Shown piece by piece: positions 1 through 9,552 of a DNA stretch of 64,000 nucleotides. Both the position numbers and the translations under genes were made by a program. The notes beneath the pieces were generated by a model. The model was not told where the DNA came from. It ran no database searches and saw only the letters and a list, made by a program, of their open reading frames with translations. This DNA is from Caulobacteraceae bacterium (GTDB taxonomy: Bacteria > Pseudomonadota > Alphaproteobacteria > Caulobacterales > Caulobacteraceae), in NCBI GenBank assembly GCA_035604515.1, contig DATNIH010000040.1:866-64865 (forward strand), in the 5' to 3' direction. How positions within the stretch are numbered: position 1 is the first letter of the stretch; each line of letters starts with the position of its first letter.

Positions 1-1
1 G

Positions 2-235
2 CGAGTCTACGCCTCGCGCGTGGCGCCGATCGACGACCTCGACCTCTCCACCCGCTGGGGCGTGCGTGAGCTGCACGCCCGCGTCGTCCGCGCGGCCAGC
101 GACGCCTGCAACCAGCTCGACGAGCAGTGGCCGCAGGGGCTCTATCCGATCGACAGCAGCGACGGGAACTGTAAGGCCCGCGCCATCCGCCACGCGATGC
201 GCGACGCCCCGATCCGCTACGACGATGGGTACTGA
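2..235 (+). CDS. UrcA-family protein, 3' part (5' end outside window)
   Basis: Frame is open from base 2: RVYASRVAPIDDLDLSTRWGVRELHARVVRAASDAC, matching the DLDLST..G...L..R...AA...C pattern of UrcA-family proteins. Confidence 0.65.
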   Translation, partial: RVYASRVAPIDDLDLSTRWGVRELHARVVRAASDACNQLDEQWPQGLYPIDSSDGNCKARAIRHAMRDAPIRYDDGY

Positions 236-237
236 AC

Positions 238-368
238 CTCCCCTCCCCCTTGCGGGGAGGGGTCGGGGGCGGGGGTATCAGCTTGATCTTCGTGATTGGC
301 GCCGCCTGGGGGCTTTGCGGCGCGCACCCAGTTCGCACCCCCACCCCTGACCCCTCCGTGCAAGGGGA
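238..368. repeat. Intergenic palindromic element, family B (degenerate copy)
   Basis: CCCCTCCCCCTTGCGGGGAGGGGTCGGGGG...ACCCAGTTCGCACCCCCACCCCTGACCCCTCC; homologous to 13191-13326. Confidence 0.8.
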
Positions 369-386
369 ACTGGACTGCGCAGCGAC

Positions 387-1292
387 CTACGCCAGCCGAT
401 ACTCGTCGTTCGGGCCGGGTGCGCCGTCAGTGACCACCCGGCCGTCCTTCACCAGTTCGATCAGGTGCGCCAGCACCGAGCGGCCGGCGGCGGGATAGAG
501 GCGCGCGTCGACGCCGACGTACATCTTCGGCACCATGTCGACGATCCGGGTCTGGCCGGCCGCGAGCTGGGCCAGGATCTGCCGCTCGCGGTCGAGCCGG
601 TGGGCGCGGTAGGCGTCGATGAACGGCCCGACCTCGGTGATCGGCGGGCCGTGCGTGGGCCACAGCGTCTTGAACCCGCGCGACTTGATCGCATCCAGGC
701 TGGCCAGATAGTCGCCCATGTTGCCGTCCGGCGGCGTCACCACCGTGGTCGACCAGCCCATGATGTGGTCGCCGGTGAAGCAGGCGTTCTCCTCGGCCAG
801 CGCGTAGCAGATGTGGTTCGAGGTGTGGCCTGGCGTCGCGATTGCCTCGAACGTCCAGCCCGGCCCGGCGATGGTCGCCCCGCCGCCGCACACCGAGACG
901 TCCGGCGTGAAGCTGTCGGCGCCCGCCTCAGTGCGCACTGAGTCCTCCACGAGCGGCGTCTTCACCGCGCAGCCATAGATCGTCGCGCCGGTCTTCTCGG
1001 CCAGGGGCCGGGCCAGCGGGGAGTGGTCCATGTGGTGGTGGGTGATCAGGATGTGGCTGACGGTTTCCCCGGCCACGGCGTCCAGGATCGCCTGCAGGTG
1101 CTCGGGCTGGTCGGGCCCCGGATCGATTACCGCGACGCCTGCGCCTTTGCCGATGATGTAGGTGCCGGTGCCGGTGAAGGTGAACGGGCCGGGATTGTTG
1201 GCGATCACCCGCCGGATCAGCGGCGAGACCTGATCGACGCGGCCGTACTCGAACGTGATGTCGCGCACATAGGGGATGGTGACGTCAGCCAT
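387..1292 (-). CDS. MBL-fold metallo-hydrolase (LACTB2-like)
   Basis: HxHxDH motif (THHHMDH), NPGPFT..GT.TY, TPGHTSNH, FTGDH and PTHG motifs. Confidence 0.9.
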   Translation of the reverse strand: MADVTIPYVRDITFEYGRVDQVSPLIRRVIANNPGPFTFTGTGTYIIGKGAGVAVIDPGPDQPEHLQAILDAVAGETVSHILITHHHMDHSPLARPLAEKTGATIYGCAVKTPLVEDSVRTEAGADSFTPDVSVCGGGATIAGPGWTFEAIATPGHTSNHICYALAEENACFTGDHIMGWSTTVVTPPDGNMGDYLASLDAIKSRGFKTLWPTHGPPITEVGPFIDAYRAHRLDRERQILAQLAAGQTRIVDMVPKMYVGVDARLYPAAGRSVLAHLIELVKDGRVVTDGAPGPNDEYRLA

Positions 1293-1295
1293 GGT

Positions 1296-1703
1296 TCAGC
1301 CCTGCAGCGCCGCGGAAAGGTCGTAGCCGGCGCCGGTCGCCAGCCGGGCCAACTCGGCCTTGTCGCGCCCCGCCGCCGCCTCGCCCAGCGCCCAGGTGGT
1401 GATCGAGCGGGTGCCGGAGCGGCAGAACGCCAGCACCGGCCCCTTGGCGGCCGCCACCGCCTCGGCCTGCGCCTTCGCCTGGGCCGGCGTCGGACGCCCG
1501 ACCACCGGGAGGAACAGGTAGTCGGCGCCGCCGGCCTTGGCGGCCGCCTCGATCTCGGCGCTGGTCGGCTGGTCGGGCGCTTCGCCGTCCGGCCGATTGT
1601 TGATGATCAGCGCGACGCCGCCAGCCGCGGCGGCGCGCGCCTCGTCCGGCGTGATCTGCGGGCTGACCTCGAAACTGTCCGTCACCCGGCGAAACTGGGT
1701 CAT
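1296..1703 (-). CDS. TIGR01244/DUF442-family sulfurtransferase (phosphatase-like fold)
   Basis: IINNRPDGE..QP and the PVLAFCRSGTRS (CX5R) loop. Confidence 0.85.
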   Translation of the reverse strand: MTQFRRVTDSFEVSPQITPDEARAAAAGGVALIINNRPDGEAPDQPTSAEIEAAAKAGGADYLFLPVVGRPTPAQAKAQAEAVAAAKGPVLAFCRSGTRSITTWALGEAAAGRDKAELARLATGAGYDLSAALQG

Positions 1704-1776
1704 CTGGTCCTCATTCGGCGAACTTCGCGCGGCCCTTCGTTGACATCATCGGGGGTGGGTGGAAGTTTCACAAGCG

Positions 1777-2700
1777 ATGCTGAGCTTTCTCGCCCGCCGC
1801 CTGATCGTGGCGATCCCCACCCTGTTCGTCGTGGTGACCGTCGCCTTCTTCATGATGCGGGCCGCGCCCGGCAGCCCGTTTTCCAGCGACCGCAAGCTGC
1901 CGCCCGAGATCGAGAAGAACATCGAGGCCAAGTACGGCATGGATAAGCCGCTGATGGTGCAGTACGTCGACTACGTCGGCGGGGTGCTGCACGGCGACTT
2001 CGGTCCTTCGCTGAAATACCGCGACAAGTCGGTGCTCGATATCATCGCCCAGAACTATCAGGTCAGCCTGAGGATCGGGCTGGCCGCGTTCGTGATCATG
2101 GTGATCGCCGGCGTGAACCTGGGCGTGATCGCCGCGCTGCGACAGAACGGGGCCGCGGACATCACCGTGATGTCGGTCGCCATCGTCGGGATTTGCATAC
2201 CGAGCTTCGTCACTGCGCCGCTGCTGCAGCTGCTGTTCGGCAGTCAGCTCGGCTGGTTGCCGATCGGGAGTTGGGGCGGCGGAGCGATCCCCAACATGGT
2301 GATGCCGGTGATCGTGCTGGCGACGCCGCAGATCGCCATCATCTCGCGGCTGACCCGCGCCGGCATGATCGAGGCGCTGCACTCGAACTATGTGCGCACC
2401 GCCAGGGCCAAGGGGCTCCCGGAGTTCACCATCGTATTCAAGCACGCGATCCGCGCCGCGGTGCTGCCGCTGGTCAGCTACCTGGGGCCGGCGTTCGCGG
2501 GGCTGATGACCGGCTCGCTGGTGGTCGAACGCATCTTCGGCCTGCCCGGCCTCGGCAAGTTCTTCGTCAACAGCGCGCTGCAGCGCGACTACACCGTGGT
2601 GATGGGCATGGTGATCTTCTTCGCCACCCTGATCCTGCTGCTGAACCTGCTCGCCGACGTGCTCTACGCCGTGCTCGATCCCAGAGTACGGCTCACATGA
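1777..2700 (+). CDS. oppB: Oligopeptide ABC transporter permease OppB
   Basis: RR...IPTLF N-terminus, APGSPF, YVRTARAKGL (EAA loop), RDYTVV; start moved to the ATG at 1777. Confidence 0.9.
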   Translation: MLSFLARRLIVAIPTLFVVVTVAFFMMRAAPGSPFSSDRKLPPEIEKNIEAKYGMDKPLMVQYVDYVGGVLHGDFGPSLKYRDKSVLDIIAQNYQVSLRIGLAAFVIMVIAGVNLGVIAALRQNGAADITVMSVAIVGICIPSFVTAPLLQLLFGSQLGWLPIGSWGGGAIPNMVMPVIVLATPQIAIISRLTRAGMIEALHSNYVRTARAKGLPEFTIVFKHAIRAAVLPLVSYLGPAFAGLMTGSLVVERIFGLPGLGKFFVNSALQRDYTVVMGMVIFFATLILLLNLLADVLYAVLDPRVRLT

Positions 2701-2728
2701 CGGGCGCGGCTGACGTGATCCAAGGCCG

Positions 2729-3637
2729 ATGACCCAGATCAGCCTCGCGCCGGGATCGATGCGCAACGCCGCCTTGCTGGAGCGGGCGGTCAAGGGCCGC
2801 AGCCTATGGGACGACGCGCGCCGGCGCCTGTTCCGCAACCGCGCCGCTGTCGCCAGCATGATCGTGCTGGGGCTGCTGGTGGTCTGCGCCCTGATCGGCC
2901 CGTTCGTGACCCCCTACGCCTACGACGAAATCAACAAGAACGACGTCTGGCTGGGCCCGCTCACCGGCGACCACCTGATCGGCTCCGACTCCCTGGGCCG
3001 CGACCTGCTGGCGCGCCTGTTCACCGGGCTCGGCGTCTCGCTGGCGATCGGGGCGGTGGCCACCACCGTCTCGCTGGTGATCGGCGTGGCCTGGGGCGCG
3101 ACGGCCGGCTACCTCGGCGGGATGGTCGACGAGGTGATGATGCGCATCGTCGATGTGCTCTATTCCCTGCCCTACATCTTCTTCGTCATCATCCTGATGG
3201 TGACCTTCGGCTCCAACTTCATTCTGCTGTTCATCGCCATCGGCGCGGTGGAGTGGCTGACCATGGCGCGGATCGTGCGCGGCCAGACCCTCTCCCTGAA
3301 ACAGAAGGAGTTCATCGAGGCGGCCAGGGCCGCGGGCCTGACCCGCCGGGCGATCATCGCCCGCCACATCGTGCCCAACCTGCTGGGACCGGTGGTGGTC
3401 TATGTGACGCTGACCATCCCGGGCGTGATCCTGGCCGAGAGCTTCCTCTCGTTCCTGGGCCTGGGCGTGCAGCCGCCGATGGCCTCGCTCGGCACCCTGA
3501 TCTCCAACGGCGCCCAGGACATGGAGCTGGCCCCCTGGCTGCTGATCTTCCCGTCGCTGACCATGGTGGTGACGCTGATGTGCTTCAACTTCATCGGCGA
3601 CGGCCTGCGCGACGCGATCGACCCGAAGGACCGGTAG
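2729..3637 (+). CDS. oppC: Oligopeptide ABC transporter permease OppC
   Basis: HLIGSDSLGRD, EFIEAARAAG (EAA loop), ESFLSFLGLGVQPP, GDGLRDAIDP. Confidence 0.9.
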   Translation: MTQISLAPGSMRNAALLERAVKGRSLWDDARRRLFRNRAAVASMIVLGLLVVCALIGPFVTPYAYDEINKNDVWLGPLTGDHLIGSDSLGRDLLARLFTGLGVSLAIGAVATTVSLVIGVAWGATAGYLGGMVDEVMMRIVDVLYSLPYIFFVIILMVTFGSNFILLFIAIGAVEWLTMARIVRGQTLSLKQKEFIEAARAAGLTRRAIIARHIVPNLLGPVVVYVTLTIPGVILAESFLSFLGLGVQPPMASLGTLISNGAQDMELAPWLLIFPSLTMVVTLMCFNFIGDGLRDAIDPKDR

Positions 3638-3682
3638 AGTTTCAACACCCGAACATCGACGCGCCGCAGGCGTCCAAAAGTA

Positions 3683-3767
3683 TGAACGCAGAGGTCGCAG
3701 AGCAGGCGCAGAGAGCGCTGAGGTGATCCTCCGCGAACTCCGCGTTCCTCTGCGGCCTCTGCGTTCA
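3683..3767. repeat. Intergenic inverted repeat, AACGCAGAG type
   Basis: 20-bp arms TGAACGCAGAGGTCGCAGAG (3683-3702) and CTCTGCGGCCTCTGCGTTCA (3748-3767), one mismatch. Confidence 0.85.
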
Positions 3768-3803
3768 AATCTTTACAGCGCCTGCGGCGCACTCAGGCCT
3801 ATG

Positions 3804-4334
3804 TCAGTTATCCCTATGCGCCCTGATCCCCGGCTGCTTGTCGACGCTCAGCATGTAGCTGCCGATCATCGCCCGGCGGATGACGATGGCCGAACCGGGG
3901 TGAGGATCGCGCGACAGGAACTCGTCGTCGATCTGCCGCCACACCGCGCCGTCCTGCATCACCATGATCCACTTGCCCTGGGGATCCTGGCGCGCGCTGG
4001 CCAGCGTCTCGTCGATGCTGTCGGTGTCCTCCGATTTCTCGCCGACGTCGAACATCGCCAGGCTGGGCAGGGTGAAGCCGAACGCCTGCTTGCGCACCGC
4101 CCGCCGCTGCGCCCGGTCCAAGGTCACGAGATCGCCGGAGGTCTGAGCCTTGGTCAGGGCGTCGGCAGCTGCGTCGTAGCAGGCGAGCCGCTGGACGCCG
4201 TCGTCGATCTTGCGGCAGTCGACCACGGCCTGCACCGTGGGCGCGACGGTCGGCGCGGGCCTGGCCGCCATCGCCGCCCCGCCGGCGGCCAGCGCCAGCG
4301 CAATGCCGCCAAAGACGTAACGAATCGAGACCAT
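3804..4334 (-). CDS. Exported hypothetical protein (C..I.D...RLACYD motif)
   Basis: Signal-peptide-like N-terminus from the ATG at 4334 (MVSIRYVFGGIALALAAGGAAMA); two Cys; C-terminal beta-rich segment. Confidence 0.75.
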   Translation of the reverse strand: MVSIRYVFGGIALALAAGGAAMAARPAPTVAPTVQAVVDCRKIDDGVQRLACYDAAADALTKAQTSGDLVTLDRAQRRAVRKQAFGFTLPSLAMFDVGEKSEDTDSIDETLASARQDPQGKWIMVMQDGAVWRQIDDEFLSRDPHPGSAIVIRRAMIGSYMLSVDKQPGIRAHRDN

Positions 4335-4703
4335 GGCCGGCTCCCTTTGGTAAAAACGATCTCTATTGAAGAGTTCTCTGGGCTTGTCGCGCAAGCCCTT
4401 GCCACAACCGAGGTTCGGCGACGGCCTGAGGCGTATTTTCGCCTGATTCAATCGAAGAAAATGCTTCTTTAACGCCTCGCCACGACGCAAATGCGCCCAA
4501 GCTGCGACGCCACGCGCAAGCTGTGACCTGAATGTAACAGGCGGGCGAACATGGGGTTACGCGGCCGTAATCCTCGTTGACCGGCCGACCAAGCAAGACC
4601 ATCACTGCCCCCAACCGGGGGGACTGCTACCCGGGACAACATGCAACCCGTATGCCGAGCCCCAGCCCGTCGGGGCGTGCTCGCGTTCCGGAGGGACAAT
4701 ACT

Positions 4704-7700
4704 TTGAAAATGAGCAACGTGCGTGGGCGCCTGCTGGCGTCGACAATGATCACGGGCGCCGCCCTGATCGCCATGGGCGGCCTGGCCCACGCCGCGGACG
4801 CCTCGTCCGCCGGCCCGATCCAGACCGCTTCCGGCCACGGCTCGGTGAGCGCCGCGGCGCCGATCCAGACCCTGACCGCCGCCGCTGACGCGACCGCTGA
4901 CACCACGTCGAGCACCGCTGTGACCGAGATCGTGGTCACCGGCTCGCGCATCCCACAGCCGAACCTCACCAGCGTCAGCCCGATCCAGGCGGTCAGTCAC
5001 CAGGAATTCCAGCTCACCGGTCACACCGACGTCATCGATCTGCTGAACACGCTGCCGCAGAACTTCCAGAACAATAAGAATGACTTCTCCAACACCAGCA
5101 ATCCGCTGAACGGGCCAGGCGGGGTCTCCACCGCCGACCTTCGCGGGCTTGGCCCGCAGCGGACCCTGGTGCTGGTCAACGGCCGGCGCCTTGGCATCGG
5201 CGATCCGGACACCGGGGACACCAATCCGGCCCCCGACCTCGACCAGATTCCGGTGGCGCTGATCGACCACGTCGAAGTGCTCACCGGCGGCGCGTCGGCG
5301 ACGTACGGTTCGGACGCCGTGGCCGGCGTCGTCAACTTCATCATGAAGAAGGACTTCGAGGGCGTTCAGGTCGACGGCCAGTACGGCGGCGACCAGCACA
5401 GCAACGGCAACACCGCCATGCAGCAGGCGATCACCACCACCGGCGGCGGCCATCCGGCGACCGGCGACAAGTGGGACGGCCAGAACACCGACTTCTCGGT
5501 CGTGTTCGGCGCCAACGCGCCGGACGGCAAGGGCAACGTCACCGGCTACTTCGAGTTCAAGAACGCCGAGCCCGTGACCGAAGGCGATCGCGACTACTCG
5601 GGCTGCCTCCTGACCATCGGGCCGCCCGACCGGTGCTCCAACTCGAGCAATTCGAACCTGTTCACGGAGATCGCCCCCACCCCTGGAACCGTGTTCTCAG
5701 TGGTCGGAACCTCGTTTCTCCCCCGCCCGCAGCCTGGTTCGGTGCCGCCGGCGACCTTCAACTCCAGCCCGTACGAGTTCCTGTCGCGGCAGGACACCCG
5801 CTACCTCGGCGGCTTCTTCGCCCACTACGACATCACCGACTGGGCCCAACCCTACGCCGAGTTCTCGTTCATGAACGACCGCTCGCTCACGCACGTCGCG
5901 CCGTCCGGCCTGTTCCAGGGCGGCGGCCTGGCGGCCGGCGCCAACGGCGGCTACTTCGTCAACTGCGGCAACCCGCTGCTCAGCGCGCAAGAGAGTGGCG
6001 CGCTGGGCTGTACGGCGGCGCAGATCGCGGGCGTTCAGACCGATCCAGCCAACCAGATCGATCTCCAGATCGGCCGCCGCAATATCGAGGGCGGTGGACG
6101 GGAATCAACCTACGATCACACCAACTATCGCATCGTGATCGGCATGAAGGGCGACTTCGCCGACGCCTGGCACTACGACGCCTACGGTTCGTACTACTAC
6201 ACGAGCCTGTTCAACTCGAATAACAACTACCTCAGCCTCGCTGGTATCCAGGATGCGCTGCTGGTGGGCGGCACGGCGGCGGCGCCGGTCTGCCTCAGCG
6301 GCAACCCGGCCTGCATTCCCTACAACATCTTCCAGCAAGGCGGCGTGACGCCGGCGCAGGTCGCCTCTCTCAACGAGAGCGGCACCGCGCACGGGACGAT
6401 CGAGGAAGAGATCTTCGAAGGCTTCGTCACCGGCGATCTTGGCAAGTACGGCGTCAAGTCGCCGTGGGCCGACGACGGCGTCGGCATCTCAATCGGCACG
6501 CAGCACCGCTGGGATCACCTGGTGTTCCAGCCGGACGCGGCCGAACTCTCGGGCGACCTCTCCGGCTTCGCCGGCGCCTCGGTGCCGGTCAACAATGCGA
6601 TCTCGGTGCAGGAAGAATACTTCGAGACCCGCATCCCGATCGTGCAGAAGAAGCCCTTCTTCGAGGATCTGAGCCTCGAGGGCGGCTACCGCTACTCCGA
6701 CTACTCCACCAGCGGCGCCGTCAGCACCTACAAGGTCGGTGGTGAGTGGGCGCCCATCCCGGACATCCGGTTCCGCGCCTCCTACGACCGCGCGATCCGG
6801 GCGGCGAGCATCATCGAGGCCTTCAGCCCGCAGTTTGTCACCAACACCAGCGACGTGTCGGTCGACCCCTGCGCGCCGGTCGGCGCCACGCCGGCGACAG
6901 CGACCCTGGCCCAGTGCATGCGCACTGGCGTCACCGCCGCCGAGTACGGCAACGGCGGCTCGACCGACACCATCCAGCAGTGCCCCGCCCAACAGTGCGC
7001 GGTGCTGGACGGCGGCAACAAGAATCTGGCGCCCGAAGTCTCCGACACCTACTCGATCGGGGCGACCGTAAGGCCCAGCTTCCTGCACGGCTTCAGCGGC
7101 AGCATCGACTACTTCAACATCACCATCAACGGTGAGATCGGCGTCGTGCCGCTGCCGACGTCGCTGAACAACTGCCTCAACACCGGCGACCCCACCTTCT
7201 GCGGCAACGTCGTGCGTAACCCGGTGGGCTTCCTGTTCGGCACCACCATCGCCGGCGGCGGCTACATTGTCGGCACCAACCAGAACGTGGCCGTGGTCCA
7301 GACCTCCGGCCTCGACTTCCAGGCCGACTATCGTCTGCCGCTGGAAGATGTCGGCGCCCCCGGCATGGGCTCGCTCTCGTTTGCATTCGTCGGCACCTAC
7401 TTGATGACCGACAAGAACCAGCCGCTGAAGGGCCAGCCGGAGTTCGATTGCGCCGGCCTGTTCGGTCCGACCTGCTCGCAGAACATCGGCTCCGACAACC
7501 CGGCCTGGCGGCACACGTTCCGGGTCACCTGGAACACGCCGTGGAACGTCCTGGCTTCGCTGCAGTGGCGCTACCTCAGCGCCACCACCCTGGACTCCAA
7601 CTCGACCCAACCTGGCCTCGGCGGTCCTGGCCTGCCAGGCGGCTTCGATGCGGCGAACAACGCGCTGGCATCGCGCAGCTACCTGGACCTTTCGGGCGCC

Positions 7701-7868
7701 TGGCGGGTCAACCAGACCCTGACGGTGCGGGCGGGGGTGAACAACATCCTCGACACCGATCCGCCGCTGATCAGCCAGGGCGTCACCGGCTCGGGCGAGC
7801 CGAACACCTATCCGACCTACGACCTGCTTGGCCGGCAGATCTTCATCTCCGCGACCGCCAAGTTCTAG
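4704..7868 (+). CDS. TonB-dependent outer-membrane receptor
   Basis: GGAGGG RBS before TTG 4704 (alternative ATG 4710); signal peptide; EIVVTGSRI; plug motifs DLRGLG..RTLVLVNGRR and VEVLTGGASATYGSDAVAGVVNFI; C-terminal Phe. Confidence 0.95.
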   Translation: MKMSNVRGRLLASTMITGAALIAMGGLAHAADASSAGPIQTASGHGSVSAAAPIQTLTAAADATADTTSSTAVTEIVVTGSRIPQPNLTSVSPIQAVSHQEFQLTGHTDVIDLLNTLPQNFQNNKNDFSNTSNPLNGPGGVSTADLRGLGPQRTLVLVNGRRLGIGDPDTGDTNPAPDLDQIPVALIDHVEVLTGGASATYGSDAVAGVVNFIMKKDFEGVQVDGQYGGDQHSNGNTAMQQAITTTGGGHPATGDKWDGQNTDFSVVFGANAPDGKGNVTGYFEFKNAEPVTEGDRDYSGCLLTIGPPDRCSNSSNSNLFTEIAPTPGTVFSVVGTSFLPRPQPGSVPPATFNSSPYEFLSRQDTRYLGGFFAHYDITDWAQPYAEFSFMNDRSLTHVAPSGLFQGGGLAAGANGGYFVNCGNPLLSAQESGALGCTAAQIAGVQTDPANQIDLQIGRRNIEGGGRESTYDHTNYRIVIGMKGDFADAWHYDAYGSYYYTSLFNSNNNYLSLAGIQDALLVGGTAAAPVCLSGNPACIPYNIFQQGGVTPAQVASLNESGTAHGTIEEEIFEGFVTGDLGKYGVKSPWADDGVGISIGTQHRWDHLVFQPDAAELSGDLSGFAGASVPVNNAISVQEEYFETRIPIVQKKPFFEDLSLEGGYRYSDYSTSGAVSTYKVGGEWAPIPDIRFRASYDRAIRAASIIEAFSPQFVTNTSDVSVDPCAPVGATPATATLAQCMRTGVTAAEYGNGGSTDTIQQCPAQQCAVLDGGNKNLAPEVSDTYSIGATVRPSFLHGFSGSIDYFNITINGEIGVVPLPTSLNNCLNTGDPTFCGNVVRNPVGFLFGTTIAGGGYIVGTNQNVAVVQTSGLDFQADYRLPLEDVGAPGMGSLSFAFVGTYLMTDKNQPLKGQPEFDCAGLFGPTCSQNIGSDNPAWRHTFRVTWNTPWNVLASLQWRYLSATTLDSNSTQPGLGGPGLPGGFDAANNALASRSYLDLSGAWRVNQTLTVRAGVNNILDTDPPLISQGVTGSGEPNTYPTYDLLGRQIFISATAKF

Positions 7869-7894
7869 GCCCGGGCGGACACCGACATGAGATC

Positions 7895-7922
7895 AGGGCG
7901 GCCCGCGCCAGCGGGTCGCCCT
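7895..7922. terminator. GC-rich hairpin between convergent genes
   Basis: AGGGCGGCCCGC-gcca-GCGGGTCGCCCT, a 12-bp stem with one G-T pair; no clear U tract. Confidence 0.5.
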
Positions 7923-7941
7923 CGTTCGCTCAGGGGACGTG

Positions 7942-8676
7942 TCACATCCCCATGGTCGATGGCGTGCCGTCGGACCATTTCGCGACGAGCACGAAGTACA
8001 CCGATGCCGGGTCCAAGCCCACATCGCCGCCCATCACCGGCACGCCGGGCAGGTTCGCGCCCCAATCCGCAGGACCCTTGGCGTCGTGCGGCAGGAAGAA
8101 CATGACGTGGGAATGCCAGTGCCCGCCGGCATCGTTCAAGTAGCCGTCCTTCGACATCATGTAGCACATCGACCCGACCTCGGGCGGCGGGATGCGCCGG
8201 CTGGCGATGGCGTCCTTGGTGCGCGCTTCGAGCTGCGCTTTTGATGCGCCGGCCAGCAGCCACGTGGTCCGTATCAGATAGGTCGGCAGGACGGAACGGG
8301 CCGACACCGGGTTGAAGCAGATCGGGGCGCGCACCTTCGGGTTCCAGAATTCGGCATCGCTGAAGTCCATCGCCCAGGACCGTTCGACGATGCAGACGAA
8401 GCCGTTCTTGCCCTTCACCGCGGTGTCGTAGCCATGGTCGCCGAGGGTCATGACGTCGGAGTCCTGGGAAATCGACGGCGGCGCTGCGCTGCGCGCCAGG
8501 GCGATCTCGTCCGCCTGGCTCGCCATCCGGTATTGGGCGATCGCCGCCATGCTCGGGTAGGGGGCCGGGGTCGCCTGCGCCTTGGCCGACCCGGCGGCCG
8601 TTAGAGCGACCCCAACGGCAATCGCCGCGGCGGTTGCTGGGCGAAGGTTCGATACAAGGGTGCGAGCTGCTGTCAT
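7942..8676 (-). CDS. Exported hypothetical protein
   Basis: Signal peptide ending AKA-QA; typical coding pattern; start overlaps the stop of the upstream SRPBCC gene (ATGA). Confidence 0.8.
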   Translation of the reverse strand: MTAARTLVSNLRPATAAAIAVGVALTAAGSAKAQATPAPYPSMAAIAQYRMASQADEIALARSAAPPSISQDSDVMTLGDHGYDTAVKGKNGFVCIVERSWAMDFSDAEFWNPKVRAPICFNPVSARSVLPTYLIRTTWLLAGASKAQLEARTKDAIASRRIPPPEVGSMCYMMSKDGYLNDAGGHWHSHVMFFLPHDAKGPADWGANLPGVPVMGGDVGLDPASVYFVLVAKWSDGTPSTMGM

Positions 8677-9125
8677 ATGCGTTCTGCGGCTCCTTCCAGA
8701 AGTCGGCTGAGCCTGGCAAGCGAATCCACCCAGCCACTCTCATGGATGATCGCCGAGGCGTCGTTTCGAAGATCTGTGTGAGTGACGGTGAGTTCGACGC
8801 CGATGTCGATCGGCCTCAGCTCGAACTCGATGCGCGAGACGCCATCCAGCTCCTCGGCAACGCCGCCATGCACCCAACGCCAGCTCATCACCAGACGGCG
8901 CGGCGGAACCACTTCGAGGTATTCGCCTAGCGCCTCATGCTCGTCGCCGTCGAGCGAGGGGAAGCGGATCCGGAAGGCGCCGCCAACCCGGGCGTCGACT
9001 TCCGCCACGAGCGCCGGCAGGTCGTCCGGCGCCCACCAGGCGGCGACGCCGTCGGCGGTCGTCAGCGCCTCGAAGACGATCGACGGCCGGGCCGCGATCC
9101 GGCGCACCAGCGTGATGCTGGTCAT
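8673..9125 (-). CDS. SRPBCC/AHSA1 (START-like) domain protein
   Basis: RRIAARPSIVFEALT, DARVGG.FRI, PPRRLVMSW, LTVTH, GW..SL..L. Confidence 0.85.
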   Translation of the reverse strand: MTSITLVRRIAARPSIVFEALTTADGVAAWWAPDDLPALVAEVDARVGGAFRIRFPSLDGDEHEALGEYLEVVPPRRLVMSWRWVHGGVAEELDGVSRIEFELRPIDIGVELTVTHTDLRNDASAIIHESGWVDSLARLSRLLEGAAERI

Positions 9126-9487
9126 TCGTTAGGCGCCTCGGATTGGCGAAGTTCAGCCTCCTTGGCCTCGGCTTGGGCGGCGAGCCGATCCAGGGCTGGC
9201 GACCAGAACCGCTCATATCGGGCAAGCCAGTCGGCGGCTTCGCGCAATCGCGCCGGCGACAGCCTGACGTCGACCGTTCGGCCGGTCTTCGAACGCGTGA
9301 TCAGACCGGCGGCGCTGAGAACATCGAGGTGTTTCATCACCGCCGGCAACTTGATGGTGAACGGCGCCGCCAGCGCGCTGATCGACAGCGGCTCCTCGCG
9401 TTCGAGACGCGCGAGGATCTCGCGGCGGGTCGGGTCGCCGAGGGCGGAAAACACCCGATCCAGCTCGCGGTGCTGATAGTTCATCAT
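9122..9487 (-). CDS. ArsR/SmtB-family transcriptional regulator
   Basis: LDRVFSALGDPTRREIL, VMKHLDVL..AGLI.R.K.GR; this is the real gene inside the long 9122..10720 shadow ORF. Confidence 0.9.
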   Translation of the reverse strand: MMNYQHRELDRVFSALGDPTRREILARLEREEPLSISALAAPFTIKLPAVMKHLDVLSAAGLITRSKTGRTVDVRLSPARLREAADWLARYERFWSPALDRLAAQAEAKEAELRQSEAPNE

Positions 9488-9552
9488 CCGGTGTACTATT
9501 CCGCGCCGGATGCCAATGTCAACTTGGCGCTGCGACCGGGGTCTCGTAGCGC

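Noticed and set aside
4490-4700. Cobalamin or other riboswitch upstream of the TonB receptor
   Set aside because: No B12-box or GCCACUG/GGGAAG core was recognisable.
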